Virus record (IMG/VR): IMGVR_UViG_3300026122_000001
Reading direction: 5' to 3' (one strand)
From: a virus
Lineage: Duplodnaviria; Heunggongvirae; Uroviricota; Caudoviricetes
DNA length: 64,000 nucleotides
Positions 1 to 9,303 of this stretch are shown one piece after another (within the stretch, counting starts at the first letter, position 1; every line of letters begins with the position of its first letter). Position numbers and translations under genes: made by a program. The notes under the pieces were generated by a model, which was given only the letters and a program-made list of their open reading frames with translations, searched no databases and had not been told where the DNA came from.

Positions 1-437
1 ACCTCAGTGATCTCACCTTCCGGTGGGCTACCTGGGTATCCAGAGCCATCGGCATCATACATAACCATGGGTTCGCCGGGTGTATAATCGAAATCGAATT
101 CGACCCCGACCAGCATCCCGGACACGCCCATCTCGATTTCCAGTGTATCGCTAAATTCAGTCTGCATCACTCGTCTCCGGCAGAGGTGTAGTAAGCTTCT
201 ACTTGAAGCATACCACACTATTCGGGCTTGTCAAGCCACAGGTCTTCGATTTTGGCGACGGCCTGATCGCGCTGTGCCCGTGTAATCCGCTTAATCCGTA
301 TAGTGTCATCCGGGAAATCATCCGTGAATGCGATGATGTTGTCGATCAGAGTTCGGAAGGTGATGTCCACCGAGATGACCCGCCTAGGCAGCCACTTCTT
401 GTCTTGTTGAACATCAATGAGGTAGTAAGCCAAATCT

Positions 438-995
438 TTACTGCCCCTCATGCAGGTTGTCGCGTATCTCGTCTGGGGCGTCCATTGACACGCCATTGCG
501 AGAATCAGCCATGTGGTTCGGATTGCAACACAACGGGCCGCAACAAATCTGGGTGACGGGCCATTTCACTTTGGACAACTCATAGGCAACCTCATGGGCC
601 TTGTAGGTCCACTTGCGCCACCGGAAGAGGCCGTCCCCGTCCTGGTCAACTTCGCCAGCCCACAGCCAACAGTCCGTATCGGACCCCTTGCGGACACGGG
701 CCCAGAAGGAAGCCTTCTCACCGGGGCTCAATCGCATCTCGTAGGCCCGGACCGCAGCATCCTCGGTCACATACGTATTCTCTGCTTCGTAGAACTTCGT
801 TATGGGTCCCTTGGTAGCGATCCACGTATTGGGTATTTCAGTGAACCAGAAAGCTCCCCACCAAGACAGATTCTCACCCGCGACGATGAGCCGCTCAATT
901 GATCGGTCTGGGTGCAAATAATACACCACCATGCCGGGTTCGATTGGCACGTCTTGGTGTAGACTGCCGTGTTCCTGTTGCCGCCAACAATTCAT
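438..995 (-). CDS. HNH homing-endonuclease-like protein
   Basis: C-terminal 'CCGPLCCNPNHM' HNH motif preceded by a 'DCWLWAG...KAHEVAYEL' block typical of phage HNH_3 endonucleases. Overlaps the downstream gene by 4 nt. Confidence 0.7.
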   Translation of the reverse strand: MNCWRQQEHGSLHQDVPIEPGMVVYYLHPDRSIERLIVAGENLSWWGAFWFTEIPNTWIATKGPITKFYEAENTYVTEDAAVRAYEMRLSPGEKASFWARVRKGSDTDCWLWAGEVDQDGDGLFRWRKWTYKAHEVAYELSKVKWPVTQICCGPLCCNPNHMADSRNGVSMDAPDEIRDNLHEGQ

Positions 996-1918
996 GTGGC
1001 CAGTGCCTTTCCTAGCCAGTAAGGCCGATTGGTCTCGCGGCCCTCTTGAAAACTTGAGGCTGGGTTAGGGTCAGCACCATGCTGACCACATGCGGGGCAT
1101 AACCACCCGTGCCCGCCGGTGTCGACTTCCCTGTCACAATGCCAACATACTGCTACGCAGTTCGCTGGTCGCTCGTAGCCTGATGCTACGTCCGGCTGGC
1201 TGCTTGGGTTGACTTGATCCCAAATGTTGGCGATCTCGCTGTATGTCGGAAGTACCTCTGGGCTGACTTGGAAGTTGCCGTTGTTGCCCGTATTGTGTGG
1301 CAGCTTGTAAATGAAGGTGCCATTCCGCTCGTAGGCGTCCAGGTCCCAGGTCCAGTTCATTCCTTTGGTGTGCAACATCTCATGCAATGCGGCATGGCCC
1401 TTACCGTGCATCTCTTTCTGGGAGTACACCGAGTTGGCATACATCTGCACGGAATTACGCTTCCAATCCAGTGCGCGGGCGAGGAAGTAGTTTGCCACCT
1501 CGGACTCCGGGATGCTGAATGACCGGGCGTCAAAGTAGGCCAGTTGGGTGACGCTCATCAACCGCATGCACCTGGCAAAGTTGGCCGTCATCACCGAGGC
1601 AGCGATGCTCTCGATTTTGTTCTGGCAGTAACCGAACCATGCATCAGTCTGGAGGGTGTCGTAGTCCGTCATCACGAAGCTTGCTTCGTCACTCTGGATA
1701 TACCCCATCTTGAAGCCCTGCATGTCCGAAGCGACACCGAGTGCTGCCTGGAGCATCGACTCAATGAGCTTGCTGTCAAAGGGACGACGGAACCCCTTGG
1801 TGAACGTGTGGAACGCCCGCCCATCAATACGAACAACCACCGGTATCCGGCGGGGCAGAAACCGCCTGGCTGGCAGTTCGTAGTTCGTTTTCATACGATG
1901 CATGATCGAGTCGCTCAT
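992..1918 (-). CDS. tRNA-His guanylyltransferase (Thg1-like 3'-5' nucleotidyltransferase)
   Basis: N-terminal 'VVVRIDGRAFHTFTKGF..PFD' and 'GYIQSDEASFV' blocks match the Thg1 family (human THG1L 'VVVRLDGRNFHRF...AYGQSDEYSFVF'). C-terminal Cys/His-rich tail. Confidence 0.8.
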   Translation of the reverse strand: MSDSIMHRMKTNYELPARRFLPRRIPVVVRIDGRAFHTFTKGFRRPFDSKLIESMLQAALGVASDMQGFKMGYIQSDEASFVMTDYDTLQTDAWFGYCQNKIESIAASVMTANFARCMRLMSVTQLAYFDARSFSIPESEVANYFLARALDWKRNSVQMYANSVYSQKEMHGKGHAALHEMLHTKGMNWTWDLDAYERNGTFIYKLPHNTGNNGNFQVSPEVLPTYSEIANIWDQVNPSSQPDVASGYERPANCVAVCWHCDREVDTGGHGWLCPACGQHGADPNPASSFQEGRETNRPYWLGKALAT

Positions 1919-1936
1919 AGCTACGCTCCGAGTGGG

Positions 1937-2227
1937 TTACAGTCCGGGGTATCGATCTATTGCTTCGTTGACTAGCCGGTTGATGTCATCAAGTTCCACG
2001 TTAGCTAACTCGATGTCATGGGCCGCTGCGAGATAGCCAGCAATGACAATGGTTTCCCTACCATTCTCGACCGCCAAACGAATTTGTCTGTTCAGTTCCA
2101 TGCCGTCTTCGGCACTGATCTCGATGCCATGTAGGTCTTCAAGATATTCAGCAACAGCAATGGTGGCTTCAATTGCCCAGGCTGGTTGCACTTCCGGGTC
2201 AAGGGCTTGTTTCGCTTCGTCCGTCAT
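1937..2227 (-). CDS. hypothetical protein
   Basis: 96-aa ORF in the dense minus-strand gene array; no recognisable motif. Confidence 0.4.
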   Translation of the reverse strand: MTDEAKQALDPEVQPAWAIEATIAVAEYLEDLHGIEISAEDGMELNRQIRLAVENGRETIVIAGYLAAAHDIELANVELDDINRLVNEAIDRYPGL

Positions 2228-2456
2228 CAGCTATCTCCTTGGTTATCAATTCCTTGCCCCATTGGACTCTGTGCCAGCGGCGCTCATGGTAGTAGTACGC
2301 GAAAATCTTTAGAGCCGAGTCAATGACGCCAATCTCGGCACTTAGCTGTATGTTACCCGTGAAAAGGTAGACCAGCGTGGTTGTGATGGTCACAGAAATC
2401 ACACGCCAGGTACATGCCTTGGCCATCGAGCGGCGTCGTTGACTTGGATCGTGCAT
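2199..2456 (-). CDS. hypothetical small membrane protein
   Basis: 85-aa ORF with a hydrophobic segment (VISVTITTTLVYLFTG). Confidence 0.4.
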   Translation of the reverse strand: MHDPSQRRRSMAKACTWRVISVTITTTLVYLFTGNIQLSAEIGVIDSALKIFAYYYHERRWHRVQWGKELITKEIADDGRSETSP

Positions 2457-2471
2457 ATCAATCTCCTAAAG

Positions 2472-2544
2472 CTCCTGGGGGAGGACTTGAACCTCCAACC
2501 ACCTGATTAACAGTCAGGCGCTCTGCCAATTGAGCTACCCAGGA
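2472..2544 (-). tRNA. tRNA-Asn (anticodon GTT)
   Basis: Reverse complement folds as a 73-nt cloverleaf: acceptor TCCTGGG/CCCAGGA, D-arm GCTC-AATTGGCA-GAGC, anticodon arm CCTGA-CTGTTAA-TCAGG, T-arm GGAGG-TTCAAGT-CCTCC. Confidence 0.8.
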
Positions 2545-2551
2545 TTGGTCG

Positions 2552-2827
2552 TCAGTTACCCTTGGCGATGATGACCACTCGATCGACTTCTGTCAACGTG
2601 GATGTCCGCTCGGGCCCGTCCACGCCCTGCCGGGACTTGCCCGTGACTCGCAGATGGAGCCTGTCGGGGCGGAAGGAATCCGGGAGACCGGTGACTTTGG
2701 TGACCACCATGTGGTTCATCCACAGGCTGGACCCTTGACGCCCGGGGTAGACGATCGTGTCGCCGACCTCGATCTGATTGCCGAAATAATCGTTTGCTAC
2801 CACTTCTGTTGCTGTCGCTGTCGTCAT
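2552..2827 (-). CDS. hypothetical protein
   Basis: 91-aa ORF; 4-nt overlap with the upstream gene. Confidence 0.4.
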   Translation of the reverse strand: MTTATATEVVANDYFGNQIEVGDTIVYPGRQGSSLWMNHMVVTKVTGLPDSFRPDRLHLRVTGKSRQGVDGPERTSTLTEVDRVVIIAKGN

Positions 2828-3366
2828 TTCCTCACCCTTGCTGTAAAAGACTGTGTTTGTGGCGGCAGACAGTAATCTTCACCGCACACACCAAACTTGA
2901 TTGAACCCTGGAGTTCCAGCATCTTCTTGCGATCAAACCCCTGCCGAAAGCTGACTGGTGCATTGTACACGATTTGGCCGATGTGGTAATAGATCGGGGT
3001 GTCCCCGACCATTTTCATCCTCGCGGGTGGCCCAACGGCCTCGAATGTACCAACCTTCCAGTCTGGTGATGGCTCAGGTAAAATCTCCAAGGGCGTTACT
3101 GGAGCCCCAGGTACTTGATTCATTGAGTATAACATACGACCATCGGGTATGTCAATGTAAATCCACACATAATCTTGGAAGGTGTCGTCCATGCAAACAA
3201 ACGGAAGCACGGTAATCACCCCGTTGGTCTGCTCGACGGGCTCCTGGCCGACATCGTCTGCGGGAGCCAGCCAGATACAACAAGCCAGGATGAGTGCCAG
3301 CCCTATAACACAACCGGCAATAGTCCAATCATGTAGTTCAATACGGCGTTGTTCAGGGTGGGTCAT
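2824..3366 (-). CDS. hypothetical membrane-anchored protein
   Basis: 180-aa ORF with an N-terminal TM helix (IAGCVIGLALILACCIWLA). Confidence 0.45.
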   Translation of the reverse strand: MTHPEQRRIELHDWTIAGCVIGLALILACCIWLAPADDVGQEPVEQTNGVITVLPFVCMDDTFQDYVWIYIDIPDGRMLYSMNQVPGAPVTPLEILPEPSPDWKVGTFEAVGPPARMKMVGDTPIYYHIGQIVYNAPVSFRQGFDRKKMLELQGSIKFGVCGEDYCLPPQTQSFTARVRK

Positions 3367-3594
3367 GGTCCAATGCCTCCATTTAGGTAGGTAGCGACTA
3401 CGGCATAGATGCCAATCCAGATGAAGAGAATCTTCAACCGCAGTGGTATCGGTCCTATGGGTTCATGGGGTGCTGGGCTCATGGCATATCTCCCGGGCCC
3501 GGTAATGGGCAGATGGAAATGCAGTAGCCCACGATCATTAGACCGAGTACGATAAGCAGTAAGCAGGTATGCAACGGGTTGGGTGCGCGAGTGC

Positions 3595-4431
3595 TCATAG
3601 CAGCGTTGCTCCCTTGTGCTGCCACGAAAAGGCGAGCTTGCCCGTGGGAAAATAGATCAGTTGCCGTTGCTGATTCGGGTCAGTTGTCTCTGTCAGGCAG
3701 TTTGTCATCGCGACATTTTGCCCAAGGTAATCGTAGACCCGCGCGCCATATGGCAACCGCAGCAACTCCACTGCACCCTCTTCTTGCAGCGTAGTCTCTA
3801 GCAGCCGCAGGCCGAGGAAGTTGGCCTTGATCCATTCGGTATCCCCACCGAGTTCTCGCATGGTCACTTGGTCCACCGAGTCCTCGTGGGCACACTCATC
3901 CAGCATGTTGACCATATTCTCTGCCGACACACCGGGGCCGCCATTATCGGGGTTGAAGGCCGTCTGGGTGGCAATCACCGATAGCCGGGTGGACAAGCCG
4001 ATCTCCGACAGTTCCCTGGTCAAGGTAAACGTGTCTGGAATGTTGGCTGCCATGATCTCTTTGTTCACCGACGGGTCCAAGCTGCACACCGACAGCGCCA
4101 CCCTGGACAGGCCAGCTTCATACAACTCCTTGGCGTAGCTGAGATCAGCCGCCAATCGCATGCCGTTGGTCTGAAGGGTAATGATCGGGAACCCAGCATC
4201 ATGGAGGCGTTGGGTAATCAGCCCCAAACCTGTGCGGTCCAGGGTCGGTTCCCCAACACCGGTGATGATGACTTCATCGAATCCCTTGGCAAGGCGGATC
4301 GCCGTCTCCAGACGCTTGTAGTTATAGGAGACGCCACGACCCTTGTTGCAGGTAATCCTGGAGACACAGAACTTGCAACCGGCATCACAAGCTTTGTCCC
4401 CGACGACCACACTGAATGTTTCAAACTTCAT
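3595..4431 (-). CDS. radical SAM domain protein
   Basis: 'CDAGCKFC' (CxxxCxxC) cluster near the N-terminus and a 'GVGEPTLD' glycine-rich SAM motif. Its stop overlaps the start of the vWA gene. Confidence 0.75.
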   Translation of the reverse strand: MKFETFSVVVGDKACDAGCKFCVSRITCNKGRGVSYNYKRLETAIRLAKGFDEVIITGVGEPTLDRTGLGLITQRLHDAGFPIITLQTNGMRLAADLSYAKELYEAGLSRVALSVCSLDPSVNKEIMAANIPDTFTLTRELSEIGLSTRLSVIATQTAFNPDNGGPGVSAENMVNMLDECAHEDSVDQVTMRELGGDTEWIKANFLGLRLLETTLQEEGAVELLRLPYGARVYDYLGQNVAMTNCLTETTDPNQQRQLIYFPTGKLAFSWQHKGATLL

Positions 4432-5192
4432 TACTTCGAGTCTTTCTCAATGTGCTTGACCGCCGCGACGGCTGCCATTTTGTTACCGCACCGAAGCTGT
4501 GAGACTCCGGCACTCATACCCTTGAACGAACTGCGGGTTCCTTCCATCGAATCCTGATAGGTCGCTGCCAGGTCGGTATCCAGCCCGTAAGTGCGGGCTG
4601 CCAGCACCGCATCTTGGTTGGCGGCCGTGAACACAAATTCCCATTGGTAGACATCTCGTTGATGTTCAACCTTTTGCTTGACAAGCGTGGCTGTGTATTC
4701 GCGGCTGTCGTTTTCATCGCCGTCCGTCATAATGGCGATGATGACCTTGTTGGGTCGCTCTGCCTGTGGGGTGTCACTCAAACGGCGACCCAGACTGTCG
4801 ACGGTACTGCCAATCGCGTCCAGCAAAGCTGTCAGTCCCTGGGTGCAGTAATTGGCAACCGATAGGGGCGGCACCGACTGAATAGGTACACAATCAAGCA
4901 GGGTTCTTTGGCTCTTCGTAGACGAAAACTGGACCAAGGTGACGTTGCAGTCCCCGGGCTGGTTCTTCTGGTCGTCTATCAATTCGTTGAAGCCCGCAAT
5001 GACTTCGCCCTTGACGCCGCGCATGGAGGTGGAGGCGTCCAGAATGATGACCAGTTCCGTGAGATCAGGATTGGTATGCCGACCAGGGCTGAGTTCAGGC
5101 GTAGGGCCGGGCTCGAACACGGGTTGAGGATAATGTGGCTTGCTAGGCATACGAGGGATACGGCCTGCGTTGGGTCGTGTGGGGTCAATCAT
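4431..5192 (-). CDS. von Willebrand factor A (vWA) domain protein
   Basis: 'LVIILDASTSMRG' MIDAS-type DxSxS motif and a later 'IIAIMTDGDEND' block. The annotated ORF extends upstream to 5285, but that extension overlaps tRNA-Thr. Start placed at the internal Met (MIDPTR). Confidence 0.65.
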   Translation of the reverse strand: MIDPTRPNAGRIPRMPSKPHYPQPVFEPGPTPELSPGRHTNPDLTELVIILDASTSMRGVKGEVIAGFNELIDDQKNQPGDCNVTLVQFSSTKSQRTLLDCVPIQSVPPLSVANYCTQGLTALLDAIGSTVDSLGRRLSDTPQAERPNKVIIAIMTDGDENDSREYTATLVKQKVEHQRDVYQWEFVFTAANQDAVLAARTYGLDTDLAATYQDSMEGTRSSFKGMSAGVSQLRCGNKMAAVAAVKHIEKDSK

Positions 5193-5227
5193 TCTGTCTC
5201 TCCTGGGTAGGTAACAAACAACAAAAG

Positions 5228-5300
5228 AGCCGCCAGTGGGAGTCGAACCCACGACATGTTGATTACAAATCAACTGCTCTGCCAACTGAGCTACAGCGGC
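5228..5300 (-). tRNA. tRNA-Thr (anticodon TGT)
   Basis: Reverse complement folds as a 73-nt cloverleaf: acceptor GCCGCTG/TGGCGGC (2 GU pairs), D-arm GCTC-AGTTGGCA-GAGC, anticodon arm GTTGA-TTTGTAA-TCAAC, T-arm GTGGG-TTCGACT-CCCAC. Confidence 0.75.
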
Positions 5301-5368
5301 GAATCAAAACTCTTCTTTGGGTCGCATAACTATTTTTGCCATGGTGCCAAAATCGTCGATTGACCCAA

Positions 5369-5650
5369 TCAAAAAGATCGGCATCCACACAAGCAAACCT
5401 GCTTGGGGGTAAGCACAATAAGCTTCACCCCTGGGATATCCAAATTGGGAGCCACCGGGCGTGTCCCGTATCCAAACTGTGCCAGTTCCCCTGACTTGCG
5501 AGCATCAACGGCATCGGGTAGTTCCTTGAAGGTCCCAAGTTCAACCCGCTTGCCACCAACACCAATACGAGCCCGCCATTTCTTTGCAGATTTGCACCAA
5601 TTAACCCCGGGTGTGCCAGACTTGTTGTCATTACGTTTTCGTTGTCGCAT
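5369..5650 (-). CDS. AP2/ERF-like DNA-binding domain protein
   Basis: 'GVNWCKSAKKWRARIGVGGKRVELGTF' matches the AP2 domain signature (YRGV..W.A.I...G..V.LGTF) common in phage HNH-associated proteins. Confidence 0.55.
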   Translation of the reverse strand: MRQRKRNDNKSGTPGVNWCKSAKKWRARIGVGGKRVELGTFKELPDAVDARKSGELAQFGYGTRPVAPNLDIPGVKLIVLTPKQVCLCGCRSF

Positions 5651-5672
5651 AGTTCTGTCTCAAGTGGATGTG

Positions 5673-5689
5673 CGGAGAATTGAACTCCG
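5673..5689 (-). ncRNA. isolated tRNA T-arm-like motif (CGGAG-TTCAATT-CTCCG) in a 320-nt non-coding region
   Basis: Reverse complement reads CGGAGTTCAATTCTCCG followed by CACATCCA. No complementary 5' acceptor strand or clean D/anticodon arms were found nearby, so I do not call it a tRNA. Confidence 0.25.
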
Positions 5690-6037
5690 GTCCTGCGATA
5701 CGGTCTCAAGCCCACGTCTACATGCTTAGCCACCCTTTATTTACCTGTCCCGAGAGTCGAGTGGCGTACTGACGGGCAGGTTGCGGCTGGACGGTTCTAT
5801 TTCCTCACCAACAACCCAGCGTAGGTCAATAAGGAGCATCCGGGTTACTAGGCCGCTGTGCTAACCTACCGGCAAGGTTGTCACGCCTACTGCCTGAGCA
5901 GCTAGTGCTCACGCAGACATCGCAAACAAATCATGTTTGGCGATTAAAGGTTTGGTCAGCTTTTAATGTAGCCTACTGACCAACTACGGCATGCAGTGGT
6001 ACTCTTCTGGTACCCAGTCGAATCCTGTCACCCCCTG

Positions 6038-6397
6038 TTAGTTCGGCACCTGTATGGTCACGAGTGCATTCGGATAGAAATAAAATCGTCGCTGATCCTT
6101 GAAGCTCGGGGTCCTCAAAGTGGCGTTCCACATGGGGCCTTCGTGGCCTCGCATAGCCTCGCGGTTCGTAAACGCACAAGCTTGTGGCTCGCGGGTGTAG
6201 GTAAGCCCATGATGCTCGAACTTCCACCAACGAGGTACTTTCTTAAACGTCGTGATAATCATCCGCATCGCTGCCCTCCCCTGTGAGTCCATTGGGTAGC
6301 CAGTCAGCGCCACAGCAACATGGGTCCCCGTCCGTGGGAGCCGTCGGTGAGGCATTACAGACACGGCTGAGTTGTCGATCAATATGCTTGGTATCAC
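6038..6397 (-). CDS. hypothetical protein (start uncertain)
   Basis: 119-aa ORF that overlaps the neighbouring 71-aa ORF in another frame. The true start may be an internal Met. Confidence 0.35.
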   Translation of the reverse strand: MIPSILIDNSAVSVMPHRRLPRTGTHVAVALTGYPMDSQGRAAMRMIITTFKKVPRWWKFEHHGLTYTREPQACAFTNREAMRGHEGPMWNATLRTPSFKDQRRFYFYPNALVTIQVPN

Positions 6398-6454
6398 GAT
6401 TGTGAGCCACGGCCGTATCCCGTATGGCCATCAAGCATTTGGGGCACTTCATCT

Positions 6455-6458
<4 letters not shown>
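6243..6458 (-). CDS. small Cys-rich (CPKC...CCC) hypothetical protein
   Basis: 71-aa ORF with CxxC and CCC motifs suggesting a zinc ribbon. Confidence 0.35.
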
Positions 6459-6877
<419 letters not shown>

Positions 6878-7516
6878 TCAGTCATCGATCCCTTCCCAGG
6901 CGCTGTCCGCGATGGACTTGTACAGCCCACCCAGTGTGTCGTAAACCCAACCGCAGAAGCGTCGGACCGGGTCGTTGATGACCAGCCACAAACAACTCCA
7001 TGGCCAGAAGATCATCCACCCCGTGATGCGATCCTTGCTCCGGCTGTATTCAGGCTTCTTTGTCCACTGACCGTAACTGTTGGCGAGTTGTTCTTTCCAC
7101 CCGGCCTTCACTTCCCCAGTCAGCTTACCAGTCTCCAATGCTTTTCGATAATTGGCATCGGTCGTGTTGCCAAAACCACGATCGATCTGTATCTGGAGCC
7201 ACTGTGCCCGTCTTCGTTTGTACTCTCTGGCCACGTAGCGAGTAAAGGCTCGCCACTTAACGATACTGTAGCCCACGCCGACCGCTGCGTAGCCGAGTAC
7301 CGACAACCCGAAGTTCAGCGGGTTGGCAAACACCCAGTCGAGCCAGGTGGAATTTCCTAGCCCCAGCATCGCGCCCAGGGCAACGACGGAAACAAACACG
7401 GCCCAGCCGCCAGACTGTTTCTCTAGCGACAACAGGATCAGCAGCGAGGCAACAATGAACAAACCCCAAAACCAGAGGCCGCCAAACACAAACAACGTCA
7501 ATAAAGCTTCAGACAT
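6878..7516 (-). CDS. hypothetical integral membrane protein
   Basis: 212-aa ORF with several hydrophobic helices (LFVFGGLWFWGLFIVASLLILL; VFVSVVALGAMLGL; GYAAVGVGYSIV). Confidence 0.5.
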   Translation of the reverse strand: MSEALLTLFVFGGLWFWGLFIVASLLILLSLEKQSGGWAVFVSVVALGAMLGLGNSTWLDWVFANPLNFGLSVLGYAAVGVGYSIVKWRAFTRYVAREYKRRRAQWLQIQIDRGFGNTTDANYRKALETGKLTGEVKAGWKEQLANSYGQWTKKPEYSRSKDRITGWMIFWPWSCLWLVINDPVRRFCGWVYDTLGGLYKSIADSAWEGIDD

Positions 7517-7577
7517 GATAGTCTCCTTCTTAGTACAAGTTTACCACACTTTCGCGTGATGTCAAATCAAATCGTGA

Positions 7578-7811
7578 TTATTTCTTCTCCTGGGTCCGTC
7601 GAATCACCCATCGCCCAGTGTCGGGGTCCCTGACAACCTCCCATTGGCCAAACTCGCCATCGATTTGGAAGTCACGGAAATCGATACTATACGAGCGGGG
7701 CGGCGGGTCCGGCCGCAAATGGATGCCCAGGATGGCACCGCTTAGCAGACCAAGGGGCAGGGCAATAAGAACGGTTGTCAGAATCATGGTTCGTGTGGCT
7801 TTAAGCATCAA
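7578..7811 (-). CDS. small membrane protein
   Basis: 77-aa ORF with an N-terminal TM segment (MILTTVLIALPLGLLSGAILGI). Confidence 0.4.
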   Translation of the reverse strand: MMLKATRTMILTTVLIALPLGLLSGAILGIHLRPDPPPRSYSIDFRDFQIDGEFGQWEVVRDPDTGRWVIRRTQEKK

Positions 7812-8383
7812 ACAAGTCTCCTCCGCATAATAGAACGTAGCATGTCATCAAAGTGGTAGCGTTCAACTTCCCGGACGTTGAGTATCATCCAGTGAAGCTG
7901 TTTGGATGTGTAATGCTCCCACCAGTCGGCATCTTCTGGCCATGGGTCATCTGGCTCTGGGTCCAGCAAACCAAGCAGGTTGGCCAACCGAGCATAATGG
8001 TGGTCGAAACTTTCCCGGAACAAAACGTATTCGCAGTGATGGGCTTGCACAAATGTCCGCGAACCGGACCATTGCAGCAAAGCCTCATCCAGTGATTTGT
8101 CCCTGTAAAACATGTTGTGCCACCGCAGCAATGCAATGGCCGGATTGCAAACAACTGTGAAAAACTTGTACTCTGATCTGATGTCCTCTGTCAGTACGCA
8201 CCGAGTCACCAGACTGTTGTAGCTTTCGCCCGGGGAGCCGACGACACGCGACCCCGGGAGGTATGCCCATTGCATCCGAAACTTTAGCACGGGCACTAGG
8301 GGCTCGTCCAGAAACACCAGCTTCAAACGATCATTGATTATCGCCATGTCGTCGCTCGTAGGATTGGGGAGGCTGGTAACCAC
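7808..8383 (-). CDS. hypothetical protein
   Basis: 191-aa ORF; 4-nt overlap with the upstream gene. Confidence 0.45.
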   Translation of the reverse strand: MVTSLPNPTSDDMAIINDRLKLVFLDEPLVPVLKFRMQWAYLPGSRVVGSPGESYNSLVTRCVLTEDIRSEYKFFTVVCNPAIALLRWHNMFYRDKSLDEALLQWSGSRTFVQAHHCEYVLFRESFDHHYARLANLLGLLDPEPDDPWPEDADWWEHYTSKQLHWMILNVREVERYHFDDMLRSIMRRRLV

Positions 8384-8882
8384 GGGCCTTGTTGGTAATC
8401 ACAGGGATAAGATCGGGCATCCCTGTCGATTTGGCCCGGCTGATACACTCCTCTACGTCGGTCTCGATATGCTCGAATTCGACGGTCCAAGTCTGACCAT
8501 CAGGGTCGCGGCCCCAGTGGGCCAGGTTGTCACGATTCTTGCGGCACGTATTGGTGGCATCAAAGATAACCACCTTGTGGCCAGCCTCGAACAGTGCTTT
8601 GACCATAATGCGAGCCTGTGCCCACACCAAGTCTTCACAGGGCGCATAGTACCGGTGGCCATGAACGACAATCCTGATTGCGTCGGGACTCACAATCGGT
8701 GCGCCCAACGATTTTGCCAACTCTTGTGCCCGTGTAGTTTTGCCAGACCGGGCAGTCCCATCATTGCAACTAGCGTATTCATAAGTAACCAAGTTCCTCC
8801 ATTTCTTGCCCAAAGAGGTCATGCACAAGCTTATGTGCCCTCGCCTCGTGTTTGTAAAATTCCATATAGTGTGCTGGCCCAC
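8331..8882 (-). CDS. P-loop polynucleotide 5'-kinase-like protein (T4 Pnk kinase-domain-like)
   Basis: Walker A 'GTARSGKTT', then 'VVIFDATNTCRKNRDNLAHW', which resembles T4 Pnk 'VIISDTNLNPERRLAWETF'. No phosphatase domain. The start is ambiguous (alternative Met at 8822) because the 5' end overlaps the sulfotransferase gene. Confidence 0.6.
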   Translation of the reverse strand: MGQHTIWNFTNTRRGHISLCMTSLGKKWRNLVTYEYASCNDGTARSGKTTRAQELAKSLGAPIVSPDAIRIVVHGHRYYAPCEDLVWAQARIMVKALFEAGHKVVIFDATNTCRKNRDNLAHWGRDPDGQTWTVEFEHIETDVEECISRAKSTGMPDLIPVITNKARGYQPPQSYERRHGDNQ

Positions 8883-9303
8883 GCAGCCCAGTACAGTCTT
8901 TAGCAGGTAGGGTAACTGGTACTAAGCCAATACCGACCAAGACCTGATTCAACTGGGCTTCCAAGTTGGCCTCATATCGCAATACGTGAGTTGCATACAG
9001 ACTGTGCCAAAACAGTCGGCCGTCCGGAAGGAAATGTGTGTTTCTGGACCACATGCGAATGAACTCGTACAATGACAGCTTATGATTGCGACTTGTCTTG
9101 TGCCACCACGAAATCATCACATCCAGTGGGTTGCGAACAGTGGTCACCACGGTCCAGCCGGTCGGCTTTGGCACCGTCAGCCCTGTGTGGTGACTTCCCA
9201 CCATCTCGGCACCAAACTTGCCTACAAGCACATCCCTGGTAGCCACAGAGGCTGTCCGGGGGTGGGCGAGGTAGCAAAACTGTTTATCGGCGATTTCGTA
9301 CAT
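8779..9303 (-). CDS. sulfotransferase-family-like protein
   Basis: 'AHPRTAS' resembles the 5'-PSB loop (PKSGTT) and 'RNPLDVMISWW' resembles the 3'-PB RNPxD motif of PAPS-dependent sulfotransferases. Confidence 0.5.
   Translation of the reverse strand: MYEIADKQFCYLAHPRTASVATRDVLVGKFGAEMVGSHHTGLTVPKPTGWTVVTTVRNPLDVMISWWHKTSRNHKLSLYEFIRMWSRNTHFLPDGRLFWHSLYATHVLRYEANLEAQLNQVLVGIGLVPVTLPAKDCTGLRGPAHYMEFYKHEARAHKLVHDLFGQEMEELGYL

Noticed and set aside
203-556. 117-aa plus-strand ORF at the window start
   Set aside because: It overlaps minus-strand ORFs (218..496 and the HNH gene). The minus strand is the coding strand throughout this region.
4431-5285. Full-length 284-aa vWA ORF as annotated
   Set aside because: Its first ~31 codons are the reverse complement of the tRNA-Thr gene (5228-5300). 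The start was moved to the internal Met at 5192.
5973-6230. 85-aa ORF overlapping 6038..6397
   Set aside because: Arg-rich with poor coding appearance, and it overlaps a more protein-like ORF in another frame. Neither is confidently coding.
8331-8882. Interpretation of the P-loop kinase as APS kinase supplying PAPS to the adjacent sulfotransferase
   Set aside because: It lacks the APS kinase DGDNVR and ISP motifs. The DxTN block and Arg spacing fit Pnk-type kinases better. The idea is kept only as a caveat.
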